Below, piece after piece: positions 27,599-35,973 of a DNA stretch of 64,000 bases (position 1 is its first letter; each line of letters begins with the position of its first letter). Below the pieces are notes generated by a model. That model had not been told where the DNA came from. It made no database searches and worked only from the letters and a program-made list of their open reading frames with translations. Both the position numbers and the translations under genes were made by a program. The stretch is taken from NCBI GenBank assembly GCA_049282095.1, contig JBAPTI010000016.1, forward strand, positions 11,295 through 75,294, written 5' to 3'. This stretch comes from Chthoniobacterales bacterium (GTDB lineage Bacteria; Verrucomicrobiota; Verrucomicrobiia; Chthoniobacterales; UBA6821).

Positions 27599-28789
27599 GT
27601 GTCCTTTTCCACACAGATCGATTCGTTTCTCTCGTCGCCGCCGCACGAGCTTGCCGCCTTCCGGCGTCTGCTCGAACCGCTCGGCGATGCCGCGCTTGAG
27701 GAACTGGCCCGCCGGTCCGTCGCGCTGACGCGCAGGCATTTTGGAAGGACGATGCGGATGTTCGCGCCGCTCTACCTCTCCAACGAGTGCGTGAACAACT
27801 GCTCCTATTGCGGATTCTCCCGCGACAACGCCATTCTTCGCGTCACTCTCGAGATCGAGCAGGTCGCGGCCGAGGCGCGCCATCTTGCGGCGGAGGGATT
27901 CCGCAACATTCTCCTGGTTGCCGGGGAGCATCCCAAGTTTGTCTCCGGCGGCTATCTCCGCCAGTGCATCGAGCGACTGCGCCGTGAGATTCCTAGCATC
28001 TCGCTGGAAGTGGCCCCGATGGAGACCGGGGAGTACATCCCGATGGTCGATGCCGGGGCCGAGGGGTTGGTGGTCTATCAGGAGACCTACGACCGGGAAG
28101 CCTACCGGGAGTTCCACACGGCGGGCCCCAAGAAGGATTACGACTGGCGTCTCGATGCGGCGGAGCGCGCCCATGCCGCGGGATTCCGCAGGCTCGGTAT
28201 CGGTGTTCTCTTCGGTCTTTCCGACTGGCGTCGCGAAGCGACTGCCTTGGCGGCACACCTGTTCCATCTTCAGCGAGCCTGCTGGACCTCCCAGATCACG
28301 GTCAGTCTCCCGAGGCTCCGTCCCGCTGCGGGTTCCTTCGAGCCGAGGTTTCCGTTCGAGGATCGCGATCTCACCCAACTTCTCTGCGCGCTGCGCGTCA
28401 CCTTCCCTCATGTGGGGATTGTCCTCAGTACGCGCGAACCTGCACCTCTCCGCGATGCGTTGGCTCCGCTGGGTGTCACGATGATGAGCGCCGGTAGCCA
28501 CACCGAGCCCGGTGGTTACACCGGTCAAGGAGCGGATCAGGTCCATCAAACCGTGAAGGGGAAGAAGGTCGAGGGATCGATCCCCGCCAGTGCCTGCGGA
28601 TCGACCCAGGCGACCGAACAGTTCTCGATCAGCGACGACCGCTCCCCCGCGGAAGTCGCGGCGGTGCTCCGTTCCAAGGGGCTCGAACCGGTCTGGAAGG
28701 ACTGGGACGCAGCGATCCTAAGAAATGATGAAGGAAAAATGAAAAATGAAAAAACAGGGACTTCAATTGCAGTGCCGATACCTGCCTGA
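27599..28789 (+). CDS. thiH: 2-iminoacetate synthase ThiH (radical SAM)
   Basis: CVNNCSYCGF radical-SAM cluster motif and ThiH-like collinearity to ...GLEPVWKDWD. The last ~20 codons (RNDEGKMKNEKTGTSIAVPIPA*) are encoded by the repeat. Confidence 0.9.
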   Translation: MSFSTQIDSFLSSPPHELAAFRRLLEPLGDAALEELARRSVALTRRHFGRTMRMFAPLYLSNECVNNCSYCGFSRDNAILRVTLEIEQVAAEARHLAAEGFRNILLVAGEHPKFVSGGYLRQCIERLRREIPSISLEVAPMETGEYIPMVDAGAEGLVVYQETYDREAYREFHTAGPKKDYDWRLDAAERAHAAGFRRLGIGVLFGLSDWRREATALAAHLFHLQRACWTSQITVSLPRLRPAAGSFEPRFPFEDRDLTQLLCALRVTFPHVGIVLSTREPAPLRDALAPLGVTMMSAGSHTEPGGYTGQGADQVHQTVKGKKVEGSIPASACGSTQATEQFSISDDRSPAEVAAVLRSKGLEPVWKDWDAAILRNDEGKMKNEKTGTSIAVPIPA

Positions 28790-28829
28790 TTTCCCCCCTC
28801 TTCATTTTTCATTCTACATTTTGCCTTTC
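28721..28829. repeat. Family-B hairpin, copy 2, between thiH and thiS
   Basis: Left arm AGAAATGATGAAGGAAAAATGAAAAATGAAAAAACAGGG, 34-nt loop, right arm CCCCCCTCTTCATTTTTCATTCTACATTTTGCCTTTC. The arms are near-identical to copy 1 and in the same orientation. Confidence 0.88.
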
Positions 28830-28835
28830 TGCCCC

Positions 28836-29036
28836 ATGCCCCTTCTCACGATCAACGGTGAATCCAAGAAGGTCGTAGCCACGTCGATCGAGGTGCTTCT
28901 TGCCGAACTCTCCCTTCCCGCTGCCCTCATGCTCGTGGAGCATAACGGGAAGGCGCTCCACCGATCTGAGTGGGCTTCGATCAACCTCGTTGCCGGGGAT
29001 CGCATCGAACTCATGAAGGTTGCCGCGGGAGGATAA
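28836..29036 (+). CDS. thiS: Sulfur-carrier protein ThiS
   Basis: 66 aa from ATG 28836: MPLLTINGESKKV...DRIELMKVAAGG*, ending in the diagnostic C-terminal GG. The ORF-track N-extension lies in the repeat. Confidence 0.88.
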   Translation: MPLLTINGESKKVVATSIEVLLAELSLPAALMLVEHNGKALHRSEWASINLVAGDRIELMKVAAGG

Positions 29037-29043
29037 GAGAAAA

Positions 29044-29119
29044 GTATGAATGATGAAGTATGAGGGATGAAAAAGCGGAACAGATCCTTTCATAATTCAT
29101 AATTCAACATTCATATTTC
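29044..29119. repeat. Family-C-like hairpin (ATGAA / TTCAT words) between thiS and the U32 gene
   Basis: GTATGAATGATGAAGTATGAGGGATGAAAAAG ... CCTTTCATAATTCATAATTCAACATTCATATTTC. The arms are imperfect complements. Confidence 0.75.
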
Positions 29120-29126
29120 GATACCC

Positions 29127-31580
29127 ATGCCTTTGAAACCCGAACTCCTCGCCCCGGCCGGTGGGTGGGATTGCCTGAAGGCGGCGGTTGCCAACGGCGC
29201 CGATGCGGTGTTCTTCGGCCTGCCCCGCTTCAATGCCCGACTGCGCGCCGATAATTTCACCGAGGAGGAGCTTCCCGAGGTCACCGAATTCTGCCACCGC
29301 CACGGGGTGAAGGCCTACGTGACGCTCAATACCCTTGTCTTCACCGGAGAACTTGATGACGCTGCCGAGTATCTGCGCCTCCTAAACCGTTCGGGCGTCG
29401 ATGCGCTGATCGTCCAGGACATCGGCCTGGTGCGTCTGGCGGCCGCGATCGTTCCGCAGCTTCCCATTCATGCATCGACCCAGATGACCCTCACCTCGCC
29501 GCAGGGTGTCGAGGTGGCCCGCGATCTCGGGATCACCCGCTCGGTCCTGGCCCGCGAACTCTCGCTGAGGGAACTCAAGCGCTTCGACAAGGAGCGGATG
29601 CCGCTCGAGGTCTTTGTCCATGGGGCGCTCTGCGTTGCCTACTCGGGCCAGTGCCTCACCAGCGAGTCTCTCGGCCAAAGGAGTGCCAACCGCGGTGAGT
29701 GCGCCCAGGCCTGCCGGATGCCGTACGAGCTTGTCGTGGACGGGGCGCTCCGTGATCTCGGTGACAAGCGCTACCTGCTCTCCCCGCAGGACCTTGCCGC
29801 GGTGAACGACATTCCGGACCTGATCGCCTCGGGCGTCGAAAGTTTCAAGATCGAGGGACGCCTGAAGTCCCCCGAGTATGTGGCCGCCGTCTGCCAGGTT
29901 TACAGGAAAGCAATCGACGCCGCCTTGGCCGGCCAACCCCGGGAAGCCAGCGACAATGATCGCTACCAGCTCGAGATGACCTTTTCACGGGGACTCTACT
30001 CCGGCTGGATGCACGGGGTGAATCATCAGGAACTGGTCCACGCCCGCTTTGGCAAGAAGCGGGGGGCCTTCCTTGGTACGATCGCGGGTGTGGGGCCGGA
30101 CTTCATCGCCTTCGACCCGCAGGCTCCTCTCAAGCCCGGCGACGGCATCGTGTTTGACACCGGCGCCGATACAGATCAGGAGCAGGGAGGCCGGATCTAC
30201 GAGATCAGGGAGAACCGCCATTACTTCCGCCACGGTCATCTCGACACCAGTCGCCTGAAGGTAGGGGACCGGATCTGGAAAACCGATGACCCCGACCTGA
30301 ACAAGCGTCTCCGCCAGTCCTATAGAGGGCGCATCGAGGCCAGAAACGCCAAGCCCTTCGATGTGACCGTCTCGGGAAAGGCGGGCGAGCCGCTGGTGAT
30401 GAAAACGGGCGAGATCACCGTCTCATCGCTGATCCCGCTGGAGACCGCGCACAAGGCCCCTCTCACCGCGGAGAAACTCCGCGCCCAGCTTGAGAAGACA
30501 GCGGATTCGGGACTGGCCCTCCGTGACATCACACTCATGATCGAGGGTGATGTGATCCTGCCGATCGGCGAGATCAACCGGATGCGCCGTGAGTTGCTGC
30601 AGAAGCTCTTGGTTGCCACCGAGCGGAAGCGTCCCGAGGAGTGGATCAACTGGAGAACCCTCTTCAAGCGAAGCAACGAAGGGCTGACCACCCTGCCCGA
30701 GACTCCCACTCCTCCCTCCCTGCGCGTTCTCTGCCGCTCGATGGAGCAGATCGGTGCCGCCCTGGATGCCGAAGTCACGGAAGTCTATGCCGACTTTGAG
30801 GATATCCGCCGCTACAAGGAGGCTGTTGGTCTGGTGAGGGAGAAGGCACGCTCCGCAGGAAGCCCGGTTGCTTCAGCCCGCATCCTGCTGGCCACACCCC
30901 GCATCCAGAAAGCGACCGAGGAGGGTTTCTTCAAGCTCATCGAGAACGCGGAACCCGACGGCGTCCTCATCCGCAACCTCGGTGCGATCTCCCACTTCGC
31001 CGGGAGCGGCCTCACGACGGTCGGTGATTTTTCGCTCAATGTTTCCAACCCGCTCTCGGCCCAGTTCTTCATGATGCAGGGATTGCAGCAGGTGACCGTC
31101 AGCTATGACCTGAACGTGTCCCAGGTGCTTGACCTGCTCGAAGCGGCTCCTCCCGAGTGGTTCGAGCTCACGCTCCATCAGCACATGCCGATGTTTCACA
31201 TGGAGCACTGCGTCTTTGCGGCTTTCCTCTCCGAGGGGAAGGATCACACCGACTGCGGCCGTCCCTGCGAGGCCCATCGTGTTTACCTGCGCGACCGCGT
31301 CGGGATAAAGCATCCTCTTCGTGCCGATGTCGGCTGCCGGAACACCCTTTTCAATGCCGTTGCTCAGACAGGTGCCGGCTACTTCAAGGAACTCTGCGCC
31401 GCCGGTCTCCGCAACTTCCGAGTCGAACTCTTGGAAGAGGATGCCGAACAGACCGGTAACATCCTCCGCGCCTACCAAGCACTTCTGAGTGGCAAGACTG
31501 AAGGTGCCGATCTGTGGCGCTCGCTCCGCGCGAATGCTCAACTTGGCGTCACCAAGGGGACCCTTGAAGCGAGGGACTAG
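29127..31580 (+). CDS. Peptidase U32 family protein (long form with C-terminal extension)
   Basis: 817 aa with the U32 signature EVFVHGALCVAYSGQCLTS and a second U32-like half. Confidence 0.85.
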   Translation: MPLKPELLAPAGGWDCLKAAVANGADAVFFGLPRFNARLRADNFTEEELPEVTEFCHRHGVKAYVTLNTLVFTGELDDAAEYLRLLNRSGVDALIVQDIGLVRLAAAIVPQLPIHASTQMTLTSPQGVEVARDLGITRSVLARELSLRELKRFDKERMPLEVFVHGALCVAYSGQCLTSESLGQRSANRGECAQACRMPYELVVDGALRDLGDKRYLLSPQDLAAVNDIPDLIASGVESFKIEGRLKSPEYVAAVCQVYRKAIDAALAGQPREASDNDRYQLEMTFSRGLYSGWMHGVNHQELVHARFGKKRGAFLGTIAGVGPDFIAFDPQAPLKPGDGIVFDTGADTDQEQGGRIYEIRENRHYFRHGHLDTSRLKVGDRIWKTDDPDLNKRLRQSYRGRIEARNAKPFDVTVSGKAGEPLVMKTGEITVSSLIPLETAHKAPLTAEKLRAQLEKTADSGLALRDITLMIEGDVILPIGEINRMRRELLQKLLVATERKRPEEWINWRTLFKRSNEGLTTLPETPTPPSLRVLCRSMEQIGAALDAEVTEVYADFEDIRRYKEAVGLVREKARSAGSPVASARILLATPRIQKATEEGFFKLIENAEPDGVLIRNLGAISHFAGSGLTTVGDFSLNVSNPLSAQFFMMQGLQQVTVSYDLNVSQVLDLLEAAPPEWFELTLHQHMPMFHMEHCVFAAFLSEGKDHTDCGRPCEAHRVYLRDRVGIKHPLRADVGCRNTLFNAVAQTGAGYFKELCAAGLRNFRVELLEEDAEQTGNILRAYQALLSGKTEGADLWRSLRANAQLGVTKGTLEARD

Positions 31581-31720
31581 GTCCTTTGCGCCATAGTGGC
31601 GTTGGTCTGCGCTTGCAGTAGTTCACTACAGCGGCGCTTGACCGCCTAACTCTGGCATCAAATTACCGTAGCCCTGACTGAACAGAAGAATATGGGGTAG
31701 GACTCTACGACTGGGTGTTT

Positions 31721-31741
31721 TGGTGCTGTTGGAATCGAACC
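31721..31741 (-). other. tRNA 3'-end-like 21-mer (T-loop + acceptor-like), not an intact tRNA
   Basis: The minus strand reads GGTTCGATTCCAACAGCACCA. Only 3 bp of a T-stem can be formed with upstream sequence, and no D or anticodon arm is present. Confidence 0.3.
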
Positions 31742-31800
31742 ATGAATTCTACTCCATCCTTTCGTGACTGTCAGACAACAACCTGTTACCTCTTCTCTCT

Positions 31801-33426
31801 GTGAAATGGATCGCCCCCACTGAACGAGATCAGGCTTCGAGCACTCTGGAAAAGCGTCTCTGGGATGCCGCTGACCAGTTTCGGGCAAATTCCGGCCTGA
31901 AGGCCGCCGAATACTCTACCCCAGTCCTCGGTCTCATCTTCCTCCGCTTTGCCGATGCCCGCTTCGCCGCCCAGCGGGCTAAGCTCGAGGCAGCCTCCGC
32001 CGGAGCCTCCTCCCGCTCTTCCCGTCGTGGCAGCCGCGTCGAGGAGCCCGATGCCTACCATGCCGAGGGGATCCTCTACCTCCCAGCTGAAGCCCGGTTC
32101 GACTACCTCCTATCTCTCCCCGAGGCGGAGAACATCGGAGCGAAGGTGAATGCCGCCATGCTGGCCGTCGAGAAGCAGAATCCCCAGCTCTCCGGCATCC
32201 TCCCGAAGACCTACAACCTCTTCTCGAGCACCCTGCTCAAGGGCCTCCTCAAGAAGATCTCCGAGATCCCCGTCACCACCGACTACGACACCTTCGGCCG
32301 CGTCTACGAATACTTCCTCTCCGAGTTCGCCATGACCGAGGGGCAGGGTGGGGGAGAGTTCTACACCCCCTCCAGCATCGTCCGCCTGCTCACCGAGATC
32401 CTTGAGCCCTACCACGGCTATATCCTCGACCCCGCCTGCGGCTCCGGCGGTATGTTCGTCCAGAGTGCCCGCTTCGTCTCCGAGCATCGGAAGAACCCCG
32501 CCAAGGAGCTCGCCATCTTCGGCCAGGAGAAGGAACGCGCCACCACCGACCTCTGCCGCATGAACCTCGCCGTCCACGGCCTCGAGGGGAATATCAAGCA
32601 GGCCATCAGCTACTACGACGACCCCCACGCCGCCACGGGACGGTTCGACTTCGTCCTCGCCAACCCTCCCTTCAACGTCAACGCCGTCGACAAGGAACGC
32701 CTCGCCGACTCCGTCGGCCCCGGACGCCGATTTCCCTACGGTCTCCCCCGCACCGACAATGCGAACTACCTCTGGATCCAGCTTTTCCACTCCGCGCTGA
32801 ATGCCAAAGGCCGCGCCGGATTCGTCATGGCGAACTCCGCCTCCGACGCCCGCTCCTCCGAGCAGGAACTCCGCCGACAGCTCATCGAGAGCCGCAGCGT
32901 CGATGTCATGGTCTCCGTCGGGCCGAACATGTTCTATACGGTCACGCTTCCCTGTACCCTCTGGTTTCTGGATAAGGGAAAAGCCACCACGCCCCGCGCT
33001 GACACCGTCCTCTTCATCGACGCACGCCACATCTACCGCCAGATCGACCGGGCGCACCGCAACTGGACCCCGGGACAGGTCGGCTTCCTTGCGAATCTGG
33101 TCCGCCTCTACCGTGGCGAGCAGCCCGACTTCACACTGGGCGGCGAGGAGGCCGAAGCGAAGCTGAAGGAAATTTTCGGAGCCAAGGCTGCCTATGCCGA
33201 CATCCCCGGCCTCTGCAAGGCGGCGAGCCTTGCCGAGATCGAGGCGCAGGGCTGGAGCCTGAATCCCGGACGCTACGTCGGTGTTGCCCCCGGAGAGGAA
33301 GTCAGCGACGAGGACTTTAAGGAGCAACTCGAGACACTGAACGAAGAACTGACCGCGCTGAACGCTCAGGCCCGCGAACTCGAATCAACCATTGCTCAGA
33401 ACGTGGCTGAGATTTTGGAGGGATAA
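31801..33426 (+). CDS. hsdM: Type I restriction-modification system, DNA methyltransferase subunit (GTG start)
   Basis: HsdM N-domain [35 protein letters not shown], AdoMet motif [12 protein letters not shown], catalytic NPPFN. Confidence 0.95.
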   Translation: MKWIAPTERDQASSTLEKRLWDAADQFRANSGLKAAEYSTPVLGLIFLRFADARFAAQRAKLEAASAGASSRSSRRGSRVEEPDAYHAEGILYLPAEARFDYLLSLPEAENIGAKVNAAMLAVEKQNPQLSGILPKTYNLFSSTLLKGLLKKISEIPVTTDYDTFGRVYEYFLSEFAMTEGQGGGEFYTPSSIVRLLTEILEPYHGYILDPACGSGGMFVQSARFVSEHRKNPAKELAIFGQEKERATTDLCRMNLAVHGLEGNIKQAISYYDDPHAATGRFDFVLANPPFNVNAVDKERLADSVGPGRRFPYGLPRTDNANYLWIQLFHSALNAKGRAGFVMANSASDARSSEQELRRQLIESRSVDVMVSVGPNMFYTVTLPCTLWFLDKGKATTPRADTVLFIDARHIYRQIDRAHRNWTPGQVGFLANLVRLYRGEQPDFTLGGEEAEAKLKEIFGAKAAYADIPGLCKAASLAEIEAQGWSLNPGRYVGVAPGEEVSDEDFKEQLETLNEELTALNAQARELESTIAQNVAEILEG

Positions 33427-33428
33427 CC

Positions 33429-34676
33429 ATGGCTGCTTCCCAAATGCGGAAGGTAAAACTCAAAGAGGTTTGCGAGCGCATCACCGTCGGACATGTAGGT
33501 CCGATGGCAGACAAATATGCATCCGCAGGGATTCCATTTCTTCGATCACAAAACATCACGCCATTTCGGTTAAATATCGAAGACATCAAGTATGTGCCTC
33601 GCGATTTTCATGAGAAGCTTCGTAAATCAGCACTAAAGCCCGGAGACGTTGCTGTTGTCCGCACAGGCTATCCAGGAACGGCTTGCGTTATACCGGAGAC
33701 ATTTCATGAGCTGAATTGTGCAGACCTCGTCATAATAACGCCTTCAGTCGCCCTCAATCCGCACTATCTTGCAGCAATTTTTAACTCGGCGTGGGGGATT
33801 GCGTCAGTTGCAGGAAATCTGGTTGGTGTAGCTCAGCAGCATTTCAATATAGGTGCGGCTAAGGATCTTGAAGTACAGCTGCCGCCCCGTCCTATACAGG
33901 ACCGCATCGCTGGAATCCTCTCCGCCTACGATGAGTTGATCGAGAACAGCCAGCGGCGGATCAAGGTGCTCGAGACCATGGCCCGGAACCTCTACCGCGA
34001 ATGGTTCGTCCATTACCGCTATCCCGGCAACGAAAGCACCCCGCTCATCCCATCCCCCCTCGGCAATATCCCCAAAGGCTGGGAGGTGATTAAGCTCCCA
34101 GAGTGCGTGGACATCAACCCTCGCGTTACCGTTCCCCGTGATGGTGAAAAGCCTTTCGTGCCAATGGGCTGCCTCTCCAACGACTCGATGATCATCTCCA
34201 ATATCGAGTCGCGCTCTGGCAACAGCGGCGCAAAATTCCAGAACGGCGATACCCTCTTTGCCCGAATCACCCCCTGTCTGGAAAATGGAAAGACAGGATT
34301 CGTGCAATTTCTTCCAGATGGGTCATCGGTCGCCTTCGGCTCGACAGAGTTCATTGTCCTTCGTTCCCGCTCCCTCACTCCTGAGTTCGTCTATTGCATG
34401 GCTCGGAGCGAGGAGTTTCGTGGAGTGGCCATCAAAAGCATGTCTGGTGCAACGGGGCGTCAGCGTGTTCAGGAGCAATGCTTCGACGATTACAACCTGG
34501 CCCATCCCTCGAGAGCCCTGCTCGATCAATTCTCCGATATTGTATCGCCCAGTTTCCGCCTCATCCAAAAACTACATCTTCAAACCCTAAACCTCCGCAG
34601 AACCCGCGACCTGCTCCTCCCCCGCCTCCTCTCCGGCCAGATTCCTCTTCAAACCCCCACCACCGAAGCCGCATGA
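33429..34676 (+). CDS. hsdS: Type I restriction-modification system, specificity subunit
   Basis: 415 aa with two target-recognition domains. They are separated by the conserved helices RIAGILSAYDELIENSQRRIKVLETMARNLYREWF and end in ...LNLRRTRDLLLPRLLSGQI. Confidence 0.92.
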   Translation: MAASQMRKVKLKEVCERITVGHVGPMADKYASAGIPFLRSQNITPFRLNIEDIKYVPRDFHEKLRKSALKPGDVAVVRTGYPGTACVIPETFHELNCADLVIITPSVALNPHYLAAIFNSAWGIASVAGNLVGVAQQHFNIGAAKDLEVQLPPRPIQDRIAGILSAYDELIENSQRRIKVLETMARNLYREWFVHYRYPGNESTPLIPSPLGNIPKGWEVIKLPECVDINPRVTVPRDGEKPFVPMGCLSNDSMIISNIESRSGNSGAKFQNGDTLFARITPCLENGKTGFVQFLPDGSSVAFGSTEFIVLRSRSLTPEFVYCMARSEEFRGVAIKSMSGATGRQRVQEQCFDDYNLAHPSRALLDQFSDIVSPSFRLIQKLHLQTLNLRRTRDLLLPRLLSGQIPLQTPTTEAA

Positions 34677-35383
34677 GCGAGTTGCTGAACATCTACTGTG
34701 ATGAAAGTTGCCATCTTGAGAACGATGGTCAGAAGAGCATGGTGCTCGGAGCCATCACCTGCCCTAAAGATAAGGCCCGTGAAATTGCCGTGAGATTGCG
34801 GGAACTAAAGCAGGAGTCGGGCCTGTCTCGTCACATGGAGGTGAAATGGACCGGGGTCTCTCCGGCGAAGCTCGATTTCTATCGGCACTGGCTGGACTAC
34901 TTTTTCGACGATGATGATCTTACTTTTAGGGCCCTCATTATTCCCGATAAATCAGCCTTGGATCATTTGAAGTACGCGCAGAGCCATGATGATTGGTACT
35001 GGAAGATCTACTTCGACATGATCAAGGCGGTTCTCAATGAGGAGCATCGATACAGGATCTTCCTGGATCTGAAGGACACTCTCGGCGGAAAACGAGTTGA
35101 GAAACTTCACGAGGTGCTGAGTAACAGTCTCTATGATTTCAACCGGGAGATCGTGACTTCCGTGCAGTTGGTTCACTCCCACGAGATCGAACAGATGCAG
35201 CTTGCCGATCTCCTGATTGGGATTCTTTCCTACAAGGCTAGGGGGCTCTCATCTAGTCTGGCAAAGCTGTCTCTAGTGGAGCGTTTTAACGAGCGTAGCA
35301 AATTGACGCTTGAGAGATCGACGCTCCTAAGCGCCCGGAAAGTGAATTTGCTCTTCTGGAAGCCCAATTTCTCGAAGGAATAA
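34673..35383 (+). CDS. DUF3800-like protein (function unknown) embedded in the hsd operon
   Basis: 236 aa from ATG 34673 (ATGA overlap with the hsdS stop). N-terminal LNIYCDESCH and C-terminal IEQMQLADLLIG match the DE / Q..D hallmarks I associate with DUF3800. GC is lower than in the flanks. Confidence 0.6.
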   Translation: MSELLNIYCDESCHLENDGQKSMVLGAITCPKDKAREIAVRLRELKQESGLSRHMEVKWTGVSPAKLDFYRHWLDYFFDDDDLTFRALIIPDKSALDHLKYAQSHDDWYWKIYFDMIKAVLNEEHRYRIFLDLKDTLGGKRVEKLHEVLSNSLYDFNREIVTSVQLVHSHEIEQMQLADLLIGILSYKARGLSSSLAKLSLVERFNERSKLTLERSTLLSARKVNLLFWKPNFSKE

Positions 35384-35862
35384 TGGCTGCAAAAGATTGG
35401 CTCCCTAGTTTGATCGAGTTCAGTTCCTGTGGGGGAAGCTGGGATCGTTATCTGGAAGTGATTTATGCTGCTTTCCGGGAAGACTTTGTTAACTCGAAAC
35501 CCTTATTCCGGGGTAGGAGACTAGGTCTGAAACGCCATCCTGAATATGCAGGGAAAGAGGCCACTTTCTGGCACCTGATTACAGAAGGTGCAGTGGAGGC
35601 GGATCGAACTCCGGATTTCCGCCGGTGTGAGCGGATCCGGTGGCCCCGCCCAGTTATCGAAAATGAAGCGGATGTCGAGGTGCTGGTGTGGAGTGAATCA
35701 CGAGGTTCCCGTGATAACCGAATCCATCTTTATCTACCCAATGAGCGCTATCTAGTGGTTCTGTCAGACCGTGGAAATTACATTCTCCCCTGGACGGCTT
35801 ACTATGTTCAACATGAGAACGGACACCGTAGATATCTCCAACGCCATGCCCGTCATTCCTAA
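35383..35862 (+). CDS. Hypothetical 159-aa protein, no recognisable family
   Basis: The start overlaps the upstream stop (TAATG). Sequence blocks: ATFWHLITEG, RCERIRWPRPVIEN, RYLVVLSDRGNYILPWTAYYV. No TM segment or signal peptide. Confidence 0.55.
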   Translation: MAAKDWLPSLIEFSSCGGSWDRYLEVIYAAFREDFVNSKPLFRGRRLGLKRHPEYAGKEATFWHLITEGAVEADRTPDFRRCERIRWPRPVIENEADVEVLVWSESRGSRDNRIHLYLPNERYLVVLSDRGNYILPWTAYYVQHENGHRRYLQRHARHS

Positions 35863-35872
35863 AAATGCTGAA

Positions 35873-35890
35873 GCCGCTCCGAAGAGCGGC
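35873..35890 (+). terminator. Stem-loop after the cassette (GCCGCTC-CGAA-GAGCGGC); weak terminator or processing site
   Basis: 7-bp GC stem with a 4-nt CGAA loop, 11 nt after the stop. No U-tract follows. Confidence 0.3.
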
Positions 35891-35973
35891 CTCGTAACTC
35901 CTTCCACAACATGGTGGATGAGATGGGTAAAACCTACTTCAGGACTCTTTTGAGTCAAGAATCAATCTAGCCC

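Noticed and set aside
31721-31800. Possible intact tRNA gene on the minus strand, starting from the GGTTCGATTCC T-loop match.
   Set aside because: The upstream sequence cannot form the T-stem beyond 3 bp, and there is no acceptor 5' strand, D-arm or anticodon arm. The acceptor/CCA spacing is also wrong. It is kept only as a tRNA-like fragment.
34394-34672. N-terminal 93 codons of track ORF 34394-35383.
   Set aside because: This part overlaps the 3' end of hsdS in another frame and is Pro/Ser-rich. The DUF3800-like sequence begins at the ATG at 34673, which overlaps the hsdS stop.
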